Source: Acidobacteriota bacterium (GTDB lineage: Bacteria; Acidobacteriota; Vicinamibacteria; Vicinamibacterales; JAKQTR01). From it: 64,000 bases of DNA. Each line of letters starts with the position of its first letter. Within the stretch, counting starts at the first letter, position 1. The translations under genes were made by a program, and so were the position numbers. Below are positions 18,388 to 26,779 of the stretch, in pieces. The notes under the pieces were generated by a model, which was not told the DNA's origin, searched no databases, and worked only from the letters and a program-made list of their open reading frames with translations. The stretch spans positions 4,479-68,478 of the forward strand of contig JBAXOX010000011.1 in assembly GCA_037133015.1 (NCBI GenBank), written 5' to 3'.

Positions 18388-19283
18388 TCGTGTTCCGCCG
18401 CTTCCGCAAGCAGTTCGGATCTCAGGTCGCCGTCCACGACTTGGATCTCGAGATTCGCCAAGGGGAGGTGGTCGCGCTGCTGGGTCCGAACGGCTCGGGC
18501 AAAACCACCTCGCTCAAGGCGGCCGCCGGACTGATCCGCCCGTCCTCGGGCGACGTGTTCGTCGGAACGCCGGGAGCGTCATCTTCGCTGGCGTCGTCGC
18601 GGGCGTGCCTGTCGTACCTTCCCCAGCGAGTGTCGTTCCCGGAAAGCCTGACGGGCCGCGAGGCGGTGGAGTTCTTCCGCGCTCTGCGCGGCGTGGCCCG
18701 GGAGCGCGTTGACGAGGTGCTGCAGATCGCTGCCCTCAATGGCGCAGCTGAACGGAATGTCGGCACCTACTCCGGGGGCATGGTCCAGCGGCTGGGGCTC
18801 GCGGTCGCCCTGCTGCCGGCGGCGCCGGTTCTCGTGCTCGACGAACCGACGGCGGCGCTGGACCCCGATGGCCTGTCCACCTTTTACGCCGTCGTCGAAC
18901 GACACACCCAGGAGGGGCGCACCGTGTTGTTTTCGTCGCACCAGTTGGGCGACGTCGAGCGGCTGGCCGATCGGTTCGCGGTCCTGGTGGAAGGCCGGCT
19001 GGTGGCCGTGTTGACGCAGCGGGAAATTCACGAGCAGTTGTCTGCCGCCGGTAGCATGCGCCTCCGACTGCCGTCGTGTGCCGAAGAGGTGATGCGCAAG
19101 GTCCGGGCGCACTCGCCGGACGCGTCCTGGACGGGTGAGGAACTGGTGGTGCCAGGACCTCCCGCGATTCGGCCCGTCGTCATCGACAGCATTCGCGCGG
19201 CCGGCGTCGAGATTCGCGGCCTGACGTCGGAAGAAGGCCGTCTCGACAACTGGTACCGGGACGTGGTGAGAACGCGATCATGA
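18384..19283 (+). CDS. nosF: NosF, ABC ATPase of the NosDFY complex
   Basis: ATG at 18384 (ATGA overlap). Walker A LLGPNGSGKTT, signature YSGGMVQRLGLA, Walker B VLVLDEPTAALD. Confidence 0.88.
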   Translation: MIVFRRFRKQFGSQVAVHDLDLEIRQGEVVALLGPNGSGKTTSLKAAAGLIRPSSGDVFVGTPGASSSLASSRACLSYLPQRVSFPESLTGREAVEFFRALRGVARERVDEVLQIAALNGAAERNVGTYSGGMVQRLGLAVALLPAAPVLVLDEPTAALDPDGLSTFYAVVERHTQEGRTVLFSSHQLGDVERLADRFAVLVEGRLVAVLTQREIHEQLSAAGSMRLRLPSCAEEVMRKVRAHSPDASWTGEELVVPGPPAIRPVVIDSIRAAGVEIRGLTSEEGRLDNWYRDVVRTRS

Positions 19284-19753
19284 TGAGGACCGCTGCGCGC
19301 GCGGCTCGGACAGTTGCCGTCGTGGCCCTGTCGGCCGCTGCCGCCGCCTGCAACACGGGTCCCGCGAAACCTGCCGCACTCGGTGGATCCGCCGAGGCGT
19401 GCCGCCACTGCCGCATGATCGTATCAAACCCGCGGTTTGCCGCGCAGATAGCGGCGCCCGGTGAGGACCCGGTCTTCTTTGATGACATCGGATGTCTGTC
19501 GACATACCTGCACAGCGCTGCCGCGCGGCCCGCCGGATCGGTGGCCTATGTCGCGGACCATCGTACCGGGGAATGGGTGCCGGCTGCGGTGGCCGTCTTC
19601 ACCGTGGTACCGAGCCTCGAGACGCCGATGGGTTCGCACGTCGTCGCGCACGTCACGGCGGCGTCGCGTGACGCCGATCCATCCACGCCGGGCGGCCGCG
19701 CCGTGCCGCTGTCCGCGTTGTTCCCGCCGGACATATCGGAGGGCCGCCGATGA
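19280..19753 (+). CDS. nosL: NosL, copper chaperone lipoprotein
   Basis: Lipobox-like signal (VALSAAAAAC). NosL-family core CRHCRMIVSNPRFAAQIAAPGEDPVFFDDIGCL. ATGA overlaps on both sides. Confidence 0.8.
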   Translation: MMRTAARAARTVAVVALSAAAAACNTGPAKPAALGGSAEACRHCRMIVSNPRFAAQIAAPGEDPVFFDDIGCLSTYLHSAAARPAGSVAYVADHRTGEWVPAAVAVFTVVPSLETPMGSHVVAHVTAASRDADPSTPGGRAVPLSALFPPDISEGRR

Positions 19754-20598
19754 CCGCCGTCTCCGCCTTCCGCGTGATGTGGGTGTGTGCCCGCCAGGAG
19801 CTGACACTCGCGGTACGTTCGCGGTGGACGCAGATCTTCGCCGGCGTCTTTGCGTGTCTGGCGCTCGTCGTCGCGGTGTCGGGGTACATCTTGTCTGGCG
19901 GCAGCGGCGTCCAGGACTTCGCCCGCACGGCAGCATCGTTGGTGCAGCTGGTGCTGTTGCTGGTTCCGCTCACCGCGCTGCTGCTCGGCGTCCTGTCGCT
20001 CGCCTCGGATCCCGGTTCCGCAGAACTCTTGTTCTCGCAGCCCGTCCCGCGCGGTGTGATTCTCGTCGGGCGCGTCCTGGGACTGTTGGCGGCGCTGGTC
20101 GCCGCTCAAATGATGGGGTTCGGATTGGCCGGGCTGGCGATCTACTCGCAGGCGGGCGACGACGGCATCTCTGGGTTTCTCGTGGTCATCGGCGCGTCGG
20201 TCGTCCTGACGGCCGTGTGCCTGAACCTTGCGGCCTGGATCACGGCCGGCAACATCGGCCGGCGGCGATCTCGCGCGCTGGCCATGGCGTTGGTGCTGTG
20301 GTTCTCGCTGGTCGTGCTGTTCGATCTCGTGGTGCTGGGCGCCGCATCCTTCTTGCGTTCGGGAACCGCGTCGCGCGTGCTCATCGTGTCGGCCCTGGTC
20401 AACCCCGTGGACGCCGCCCGTACCGGCGCGCTGCTGGCCATCGAAGGCACGGCCGCGTTTGGCGCGGCGTCGCTCGCGCTGCTGCGCTTTACCGGCGGCG
20501 CAGCCCAGGCGCTGCTCCTGGTCGGAGTGTCGCTCGCCGCGTGGCTGGTGATCCCGCTGCTTCTGGCATTCAGGCGCCTGTCGAAAACAGATATCTGA
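19750..20598 (+). CDS. nosY: NosY, ABC-2 type permease of the NosDFY complex
   Basis: 282 aa with six hydrophobic segments. It is the last gene of the overlapping nosDFLY series. Confidence 0.8.
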   Translation: MTAVSAFRVMWVCARQELTLAVRSRWTQIFAGVFACLALVVAVSGYILSGGSGVQDFARTAASLVQLVLLLVPLTALLLGVLSLASDPGSAELLFSQPVPRGVILVGRVLGLLAALVAAQMMGFGLAGLAIYSQAGDDGISGFLVVIGASVVLTAVCLNLAAWITAGNIGRRRSRALAMALVLWFSLVVLFDLVVLGAASFLRSGTASRVLIVSALVNPVDAARTGALLAIEGTAAFGAASLALLRFTGGAAQALLLVGVSLAAWLVIPLLLAFRRLSKTDI

Positions 20599-20806
20599 GG
20601 CGGGTGCGTGTGTGCGGGGATCTTTGATCCGCGAACAGCCAGCCGTAACCAAAGCCCCATTTGAAGCCCCTGGCGCCAGCACACCCGAAACACATCATCC
20701 TCAGACCCGGCGGCCGCTGAACCGTTTAGACTGCTGACGGCGTCAGACACAAAGAGGTCTGCCTGGCGCTGGAATGCCGGATCGACCATGACCCAAGGGA
20801 GAGACG

Positions 20807-21856
20807 ATGAACAGGACGCTTGGATACGCGGCGCAGAGCGCGACAACACCACTCGGATCGTTTGAGTTCGACCGTCGTGAGCCCGGCTCGACCGACGTGG
20901 AGATCGAGATTCAGTACTGCGGCGTCTGCCATTCCGACCTGCACATGGCCCGCAACGAGTGGATGAACACCACGTATCCGATTGTGCCTGGCCACGAAAT
21001 CGTGGGCCGTGTCAGCCGCGTGGGCAGCGCCGTCACACGCTTCGCCACTGGCAACCTGGTCGGCGTGGGCTGCCTGGTGGATTCCTGTGGCACCTGCCCG
21101 GATTGCGCCGAAGGCCTGGAACAGTATTGCCAGACCGGGTTCACGCTCACCTATAACAGCCCCGACAAGCACACCGGGGGGATGACGTACGGCGGGTACT
21201 CGAAGCGGATGGTCGTGAACGAAGGATTCGTCGTGCGCGTGTCCGACACGCTGAGCCTGCCCGGCGTCGCCCCGCTGCTCTGCGCGGGCATTACCACGTA
21301 CTCGCCGTTGCGGCATTGGGGGGCGGGCCCCGGCAAGAAAGTCGGCATTGTCGGACTCGGCGGGCTTGGCCACATGGGCCTCAAGTTCGCCCATGCCTTC
21401 GGCGCCCGTGTCGTGCTGTTGACCACGTCGCCCGGCAAGGCGGCCGACGCACGCCGGCTGGGTGCAGACGATGTGGTGATGTCCGCGAACCCGGACGACA
21501 TGAAGCGCCACGCCGGCAGTCTCGACTTCATTCTCGACACCGTCGCCGCGCCGCACGATCTCGATGCGCTCACCAGCCTGCTCAAGCGCGACGCGACGCT
21601 GTGCCTGGTGGGCGCGCCTGGCACGCCTCACCCTTCGCCCAACGCGTTCAATCTCATCTTCAGGCGGCGCCAGATTGCCGGCTCGCTGATCGGCGGCATC
21701 CGCGAAACCCAGGAGATGCTCGATTTCTGTGCCACGCACAACATCACATCCGATGTCGAAGTGATCCCGATGCAGAACATCAACGCCGCCTACGAGCGCA
21801 TGCTCAAGAGCGACGTCAAGTACCGGTTCGTGATCGACCTCGCGTCGCTGCGGTAG
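20807..21856 (+). CDS. Zn-dependent NAD(P)-alcohol dehydrogenase (YahK/cinnamyl-ADH-like)
   Basis: Catalytic zinc motif CGVCHSDLH, structural zinc cluster CGTCPDCAEGLEQYC, Rossmann motif GIVGLGGLGHMG. A GGGAGAG sits upstream of the ATG. Confidence 0.88.
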   Translation: MNRTLGYAAQSATTPLGSFEFDRREPGSTDVEIEIQYCGVCHSDLHMARNEWMNTTYPIVPGHEIVGRVSRVGSAVTRFATGNLVGVGCLVDSCGTCPDCAEGLEQYCQTGFTLTYNSPDKHTGGMTYGGYSKRMVVNEGFVVRVSDTLSLPGVAPLLCAGITTYSPLRHWGAGPGKKVGIVGLGGLGHMGLKFAHAFGARVVLLTTSPGKAADARRLGADDVVMSANPDDMKRHAGSLDFILDTVAAPHDLDALTSLLKRDATLCLVGAPGTPHPSPNAFNLIFRRRQIAGSLIGGIRETQEMLDFCATHNITSDVEVIPMQNINAAYERMLKSDVKYRFVIDLASLR

Positions 21857-21975
21857 ACTGCGGGCCGAGACCTGAGCGGCGCGGCCGCCGCCGAGCCGTA
21901 CGCCGGCGGGGTGACTGCCGACGACAGTGACGTGTTGCCACCGGTCCAGTTGACCGAAGAATCGAGTGAACCGAC

Positions 21976-23070
21976 GTGATGAAACACCTGCTGATGATCG
22001 CGGCGTTGACGCTCTCGCTTCAGGCGTTCGCCAGCCCGGCATTGGCGCCGCCGTCGTATCAACTGGACGCCTCCTGGCCGAAGCCCCTCCCCGAGAAGTG
22101 GATCACCGGGCAATTGGGAGGCGTCTGCGTTGACGCGCACGACCACGTCGTCGTCGTCAACCGCCGCGACATCACCGAGGAGGAAGCTGAAACAGGGGAG
22201 CAGGCTCCGCCGATCCTCATGTTCGACCACGGTGGAGCGCTCGTCGCCTCTTTCGGCGACCCGAATGCGGTGCCGGTATCCATTCACGGCTGCACGTTCG
22301 ACGGCGAGAACAACTTGTACGTCGCCGGCAACGACGATGGCATCGTCCAGAAATATTCGCACGACGGAAAGCTGTTGCTCCAGATCGGCACGCGCGGAAT
22401 GTTCGATTCGTCCGATGGAACCGAGAAAGGGACGTTCAAGAACGAGAGTCGCGAGCGATTGTTCAATCCGGCCGGCGTGGCCATCGATCCGGGCAATGGC
22501 GAGATCTTCGTGGCTGACGGGTACGGCAACAAGCGTGTCGCCGTGTTCGATCGCGCCGGGCGTTTTCTGCGCCAGTGGGGCAGGCAGGCGACCTCCGCCG
22601 AATCGTTGGCGGGCGAACCTGGCGCGTTTGCCAATGTCGTGCACTGCGTCGCGATGAGTCGCGCCGGACAGGTCTACGTGTGCGACCGTCAGGGCGACCG
22701 CATCCAGGTGTTCGACAAGATGGGCACATTCGTCCGCAATATCTGGATCCGCACCGGCACGCCTTCGCTGCCAGACGCACGCGGGACGGCGTGGTGGGTG
22801 GGATTTTCCAGGGACGCCGCTCAGAAGTACATGTACGTCATGAACGGCCGCAACGAGACGATTCACGTGCTCGATCACGAGAGCGGCAAGATTCTGGCGA
22901 CCTTCGGCCGGCCCGGGCATCAGGCCGGCAGCTTTACCCACGGGCACACGCTGGCGATCGATTCGACCGGCTACATCTACATTGCTGAAACCAACTGGGG
23001 CCGCCGCGTGCAGCGCTTTCGGCCCGTCGCGCAGACGGCAACCACCGGAAAAGTGGCGCCGTTTCAATAA
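21976..23070 (+). CDS. Secreted NHL-repeat beta-propeller protein
   Basis: Signal peptide (MKHLLMIAALTLSLQAFASPALA). It has repeated NHL-type units (NPAGVAIDPGNGEIFVADGYGNKRVAVFDRAGRF; VYVCDRQGDRIQVFDKMGTF; IYIAETNWGRRVQRF). The start is either GTG 21976 or ATG 21979. Confidence 0.7.
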   Translation: MMKHLLMIAALTLSLQAFASPALAPPSYQLDASWPKPLPEKWITGQLGGVCVDAHDHVVVVNRRDITEEEAETGEQAPPILMFDHGGALVASFGDPNAVPVSIHGCTFDGENNLYVAGNDDGIVQKYSHDGKLLLQIGTRGMFDSSDGTEKGTFKNESRERLFNPAGVAIDPGNGEIFVADGYGNKRVAVFDRAGRFLRQWGRQATSAESLAGEPGAFANVVHCVAMSRAGQVYVCDRQGDRIQVFDKMGTFVRNIWIRTGTPSLPDARGTAWWVGFSRDAAQKYMYVMNGRNETIHVLDHESGKILATFGRPGHQAGSFTHGHTLAIDSTGYIYIAETNWGRRVQRFRPVAQTATTGKVAPFQ

Positions 23071-23156
23071 TGCCGAAGGATTACTCTCGGAGGTTTCGTG
23101 CGTCTCGAAACCGATTGGACTCGCATCGCTCAGTTCACCAGTACCAGGAGGCTCCC

Positions 23157-24164
23157 ATGACACGATCGGCCGCAGTGCTTTCAGTTGTACTCGTGCTCGG
23201 CGCGGCGAACCTGCTTGCGCAGGCGCCTGCCACGCCGCCGAAGGGCAAGCAGGTGTTCGGCCCGGCCAAGTACCGCGAACCCTGGGAACGCGTCGTGTCA
23301 ACCGAGGCGGTGTCTCACTCGGACATTCCGGTCGACATCACGCTGCTCGAGACGGTAGACGGCTTGTTCACGCCCATCGGGATCCGGCATCCCAAGGGCA
23401 ACGGGCCATTCCCCGTCGTGCTGTTCTTCAGCGGCAACGGCGGCGCGGGGCTGGCGCAGGTCCGCGAGTACATCAACAACAACGCGTACACGATGGAACG
23501 GTTTCTGGCGGCGGGCTACGCCGTGGCCTGGCTGCAGTACCGCGCCGAGGCCTGGTATGCCTACCAGCAGGTGTCTCCGTTGCAGGTCGGCAAGCAACAG
23601 GCGAACCAGTTGATGAATCGGCCACCGCTCGAGATCGACGACCTGGCGGCCATTGTTGAGTACGTGAAGCGCTTGCCGTATGTCGACCCCAACCGCGTGG
23701 GGCTGTGCGGCAACAGTCACGCCGGCGGCATGATCCTCCGGGCGGGAGCGCAGGGGCTCGATGTGAGAGCGGCGATTGTCTCAGAGCCTGACGCGAGCGA
23801 GTTTCTCGGCCTGCCGCAGGAGTACTTCGCCGTGCCCGAGCCATTGTTCCGCACCATCGAGTCGGCCGCGGCGTACCTCGACAAGAAGACGGCCATGGAA
23901 CGGCTGCGCGCCATCAAGTTCCCGATGTTCTTCTTGAATCGCGATCAGGACGAACTGCAGGGATTGTTCGAGACGGTGGCCGCGTGGGCGAAGGAAGCCG
24001 GCAAGACCATGGAACACGCCACCTACGATCATCCGGTGCACGGCTACATCGTGCGCGTGCAGCGGGACGACAAGGGTGTCTACCACCCGGATGCGATTCA
24101 GTTGAAAGCGATCCAGCAGGCCGTGGACTTTTTCGGCAAGTACATGCCTCCCGCTGCGCGCTAA
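23157..24164 (+). CDS. Secreted alpha/beta hydrolase (dienelactone hydrolase / S9-like)
   Basis: ATG at 23157 is preceded by AGGAGG. Signal peptide (MTRSAAVLSVVLVLGAANLLAQA). Nucleophile elbow LCGNSHAGG. A C-terminal HPVHGY probably contains the catalytic His. Confidence 0.6.
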   Translation: MTRSAAVLSVVLVLGAANLLAQAPATPPKGKQVFGPAKYREPWERVVSTEAVSHSDIPVDITLLETVDGLFTPIGIRHPKGNGPFPVVLFFSGNGGAGLAQVREYINNNAYTMERFLAAGYAVAWLQYRAEAWYAYQQVSPLQVGKQQANQLMNRPPLEIDDLAAIVEYVKRLPYVDPNRVGLCGNSHAGGMILRAGAQGLDVRAAIVSEPDASEFLGLPQEYFAVPEPLFRTIESAAAYLDKKTAMERLRAIKFPMFFLNRDQDELQGLFETVAAWAKEAGKTMEHATYDHPVHGYIVRVQRDDKGVYHPDAIQLKAIQQAVDFFGKYMPPAAR

Positions 24165-24168
24165 GGCG

Positions 24169-24197
24169 GAGGGAGGACGCTGCGGAGCGCCTCCCTC
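24169..24197 (+). terminator. Stem-loop after the hydrolase gene
   Basis: GAGGGAGG-N13-CCTCCCTC forms an 8-bp GC-rich stem beginning 5 nt after the TAA stop. No U-tract. Confidence 0.35.
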
Positions 24198-24471
24198 TGC
24201 TTCCCGGCGAGCGTCAGCGGCGCGGTCGAACCGGCCGACATCATCACTGGCTTGGCCAGCGGAATGTCCGGCGTGGGATGGAGTTGAAAGAGCTTCCTGC
24301 GGTTGGCATCGCCAGCCAACTGCGCCCGGGCCTGATCGGCCGCCGCCTGCTTCTGGATTGCGGTTCGCTTGGCGTAGACCCCGGTCGACTGCGCGCGCAC
24401 AGCCGAGGCCGCGACTGCCTGAGGACGAGGCTCGGGCGGGACTCAGTCTGCCAACTGGGCCCGCGGTATGG

Positions 24472-24879
24472 CTATTGGGTAGTCGGTGGATTGCGCGCCC
24501 GAAGTGTGCTCTCCACCCATATGCGCAACTCCCGCAGACTTCCGCGCGCCGCCGCCCGGTCTAAGGAGACCGGTGCGTCGTAGTCCTCGTAACGGTAGAT
24601 CGCGCCGAAGGGTGTCAGCGCGTCGAGGTTCTCAAACTGTGCGGGCAAAGGATGGCCCGCTCCGGTCGCGAGAGACATCAACGCACCGATGTCGTGCGTC
24701 TTTCGGAATCGGACACCAATATCCGAGAGCAACGCTTTCAAGATCTTCTCAGCAGCCTGTTGGCAGTGAAACCCGATGATCTCGTCGCTGATATCGCCCG
24801 ACGTCAGCACCTGGTCCAGCAGGGTCTCGTCCTGCGCAGCCTTGCGGAGCAACAGCAGGGCCTGTTCACGCCGCTTCAT
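24472..24879 (-). CDS. HEPN-domain protein (toxin of an MNT-HEPN pair)
   Basis: 135 aa. EIIGFHCQQAAEKILKALL and RFRKTHDIGAL (Rx4-6H-type HEPN motif). Overlaps the upstream MNT gene by 14 nt. Confidence 0.75.
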   Translation of the reverse strand: MKRREQALLLLRKAAQDETLLDQVLTSGDISDEIIGFHCQQAAEKILKALLSDIGVRFRKTHDIGALMSLATGAGHPLPAQFENLDALTPFGAIYRYEDYDAPVSLDRAAARGSLRELRIWVESTLRARNPPTTQ

Positions 24880-25267
24880 AGAGAATCCTGCCTTCGCTCG
24901 CCGCCTCGAAATACACGTTGCCCGGCGTGTCTCGCCAGTACTCGAACCTTTCCGTGCTCACCACGAGCAAGTCCACGGAAACGTCGAGCGGGCGCAACAG
25001 GCGACCCAGGCGTACCATCTCCCCGCCACGATCGACGATCTCCGACTCGACGACCATGACGTCGAAGTCGCTCTCCTCCGAGGCGTCGCCGCGAGCTCGA
25101 GACCCGAAGAGGATGATGTACTTCGGCTTGGCGGCTCGGGCGAGCAACTCGGTCAGGCGCCGGAGTGTGTCATTGTCGGTTGGCCGAGATCCCTCAAGCA
25201 CGGCGCCCTCCGCCCCGTAGTGTGCCACAAATCTCGGCAGGACGACTCTCCGGAAGTTGCGCCGCAT
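24866..25267 (-). CDS. Minimal nucleotidyltransferase (MNT antitoxin of an MNT-HEPN pair)
   Basis: LFGSRARGDASEESDFDVMVV matches the GSxxRG...DxD polymerase-beta-type NTase motif. The start is uncertain; an internal GTG (VAHYG..) is possible. Confidence 0.75.
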   Translation of the reverse strand: MRRNFRRVVLPRFVAHYGAEGAVLEGSRPTDNDTLRRLTELLARAAKPKYIILFGSRARGDASEESDFDVMVVESEIVDRGGEMVRLGRLLRPLDVSVDLLVVSTERFEYWRDTPGNVYFEAASEGRILYEAA

Positions 25268-25358
25268 CCTCTTCGGCGTTGGCGCCCTGGCCGAGCGCTA
25301 CGACATCGACGTTGTGACGGCCTGGGCCCCGCCAGGAGCGCATTTCGAGCCAAATTCG

Positions 25359-26576
25359 CTACGAATGAGCGCCGGCGTCATCGTCGAGGATGGCGTGTGT
25401 AAAATCGATCGCGCTTCGCACGTAGGCTCGCTTCTCCAGGTAGCTCCCGGGAAAGAAGCTGCGTTTGAAGCCGTAGATCAAAATGTCGCGCACCTCGCGG
25501 TCCGAAAGGTCGAAGGCACCGACGGCGCGCTGGATTTCGTCGGTGACGGTGGTGTTCGACACGAGCCGGTTGTCGGTGCAGAAGGTCGTCGACAGCCGCC
25601 GCTTCCGCATCTCCCCAAACGGGTGCCGGCTCAAGTCCTCGCCCAGCTCCGGAACCGTCTGCTGATTGGACGTGAGGCACACCTCGATGGTGATCCGCTT
25701 GTCGGCCACGAACTGCGCGAGGCGCTCGACGTAGGCCTTGCGATTCGTGATGCGCCGGCCGGTGATCTTCGACTCGTCGAACAGCCACGTTCCGTGGCCG
25801 ATCCGGTCGGCGTGCAGGTTGCCGATGGCCTGGAAGATCGACTCGGGCCCGTAGTCCTCGCCGGCGTGCACCGTCTTGCCGAGAAACGCTTCGTGCGCCA
25901 CCTGGTAGGCCGCGCGATGGTCTTCGGCCGGATAGCCCTTTTCCTGTCCCGCCAGGTCGACGCCCACCACCAGCAATCCCTCGTCGTGCTTGAGCCGCGC
26001 CGCCGCCCGCGCCACCTGCACGCTGGCCGCCGAGTGCAACTCGGATGGCGAGGCCTCGGGCAGCGCCTCGACGATGCGGCGGTATCCTTCTGAGAGTCCC
26101 GGGGTGAAATGGCGCAGCGCGCACAGGATGATCCCCGCCGCGAAACGAGGTTCGGTGCCGTCGGCCACCTCGGGCCGAGCGTTGAACGCGGCGGACGCCC
26201 GGCGGATTCCGGCGTCCACCGCGCGCACGACTTCCGAGAATTCGAACTCCTGTCGCACGTGAAGCTGAGGCGCGAAGCGAATCTCGACGTACCGCACGCC
26301 CTCCGCCTGGCAGTCTTCGCACAATTCGCACGCCGCCCGTTCGAGCGCGTCGCGACTCTGGAGCGCGGCCACGGTGTAACGGAATCCTTCGAGATACTCG
26401 CCAAGGTTGGCGTACCGAGAACGGAAGACCGTCTCCCGAAGGCCAGCTTCCGTATACGACGGCAGCTCAACGCCACCCTCTCTGGCCAGTTCGATGAGCG
26501 TTGGCAGGCGCAGCGATCCGTCGAGATGCACGTGGAGATCGGTTTTCGGCAGGCGGCGAATCACGTCACGCGTCAT
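25359..26576 (-). CDS. add: Adenosine deaminase family protein
   Basis: N-terminal metal motif LPKTDLHVHLDGSL, HAGE (TVHAGEDYG), ADRIGHG, and C-terminal CTDN in place of the usual S/TDDP. At 405 aa it is longer than classical Add. Confidence 0.8.
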   Translation of the reverse strand: MTRDVIRRLPKTDLHVHLDGSLRLPTLIELAREGGVELPSYTEAGLRETVFRSRYANLGEYLEGFRYTVAALQSRDALERAACELCEDCQAEGVRYVEIRFAPQLHVRQEFEFSEVVRAVDAGIRRASAAFNARPEVADGTEPRFAAGIILCALRHFTPGLSEGYRRIVEALPEASPSELHSAASVQVARAAARLKHDEGLLVVGVDLAGQEKGYPAEDHRAAYQVAHEAFLGKTVHAGEDYGPESIFQAIGNLHADRIGHGTWLFDESKITGRRITNRKAYVERLAQFVADKRITIEVCLTSNQQTVPELGEDLSRHPFGEMRKRRLSTTFCTDNRLVSNTTVTDEIQRAVGAFDLSDREVRDILIYGFKRSFFPGSYLEKRAYVRSAIDFTHAILDDDAGAHS

Positions 26577-26779
26577 GGCGCCTCCACCATCACTATACTC
26601 GCGCCGTTCCGCCGCGGTGAGGCTCGAATCTGGCGGGATGACATGAGGACAAGTTGCAGGGCGCGCATCGAACCGCGTGAGGGTATGATCAACAAAGGCG
26701 CTGAGGGACCAACTGCGAACGTGTCGGGCGCCCGCGGGGCGTAGGCGTCCTTGCGACTCGAAGTGCGAACGGAGAACCT

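Noticed and set aside
24161-24400. 79-aa minus-strand ORF in the 307-nt gap between the hydrolase and HEPN genes.
   Set aside because: It has no Shine-Dalgarno sequence, no recognisable motif and a low-complexity Ala/Gln-rich sequence. It overlaps the hydrolase terminator hairpin, so it is left unannotated.
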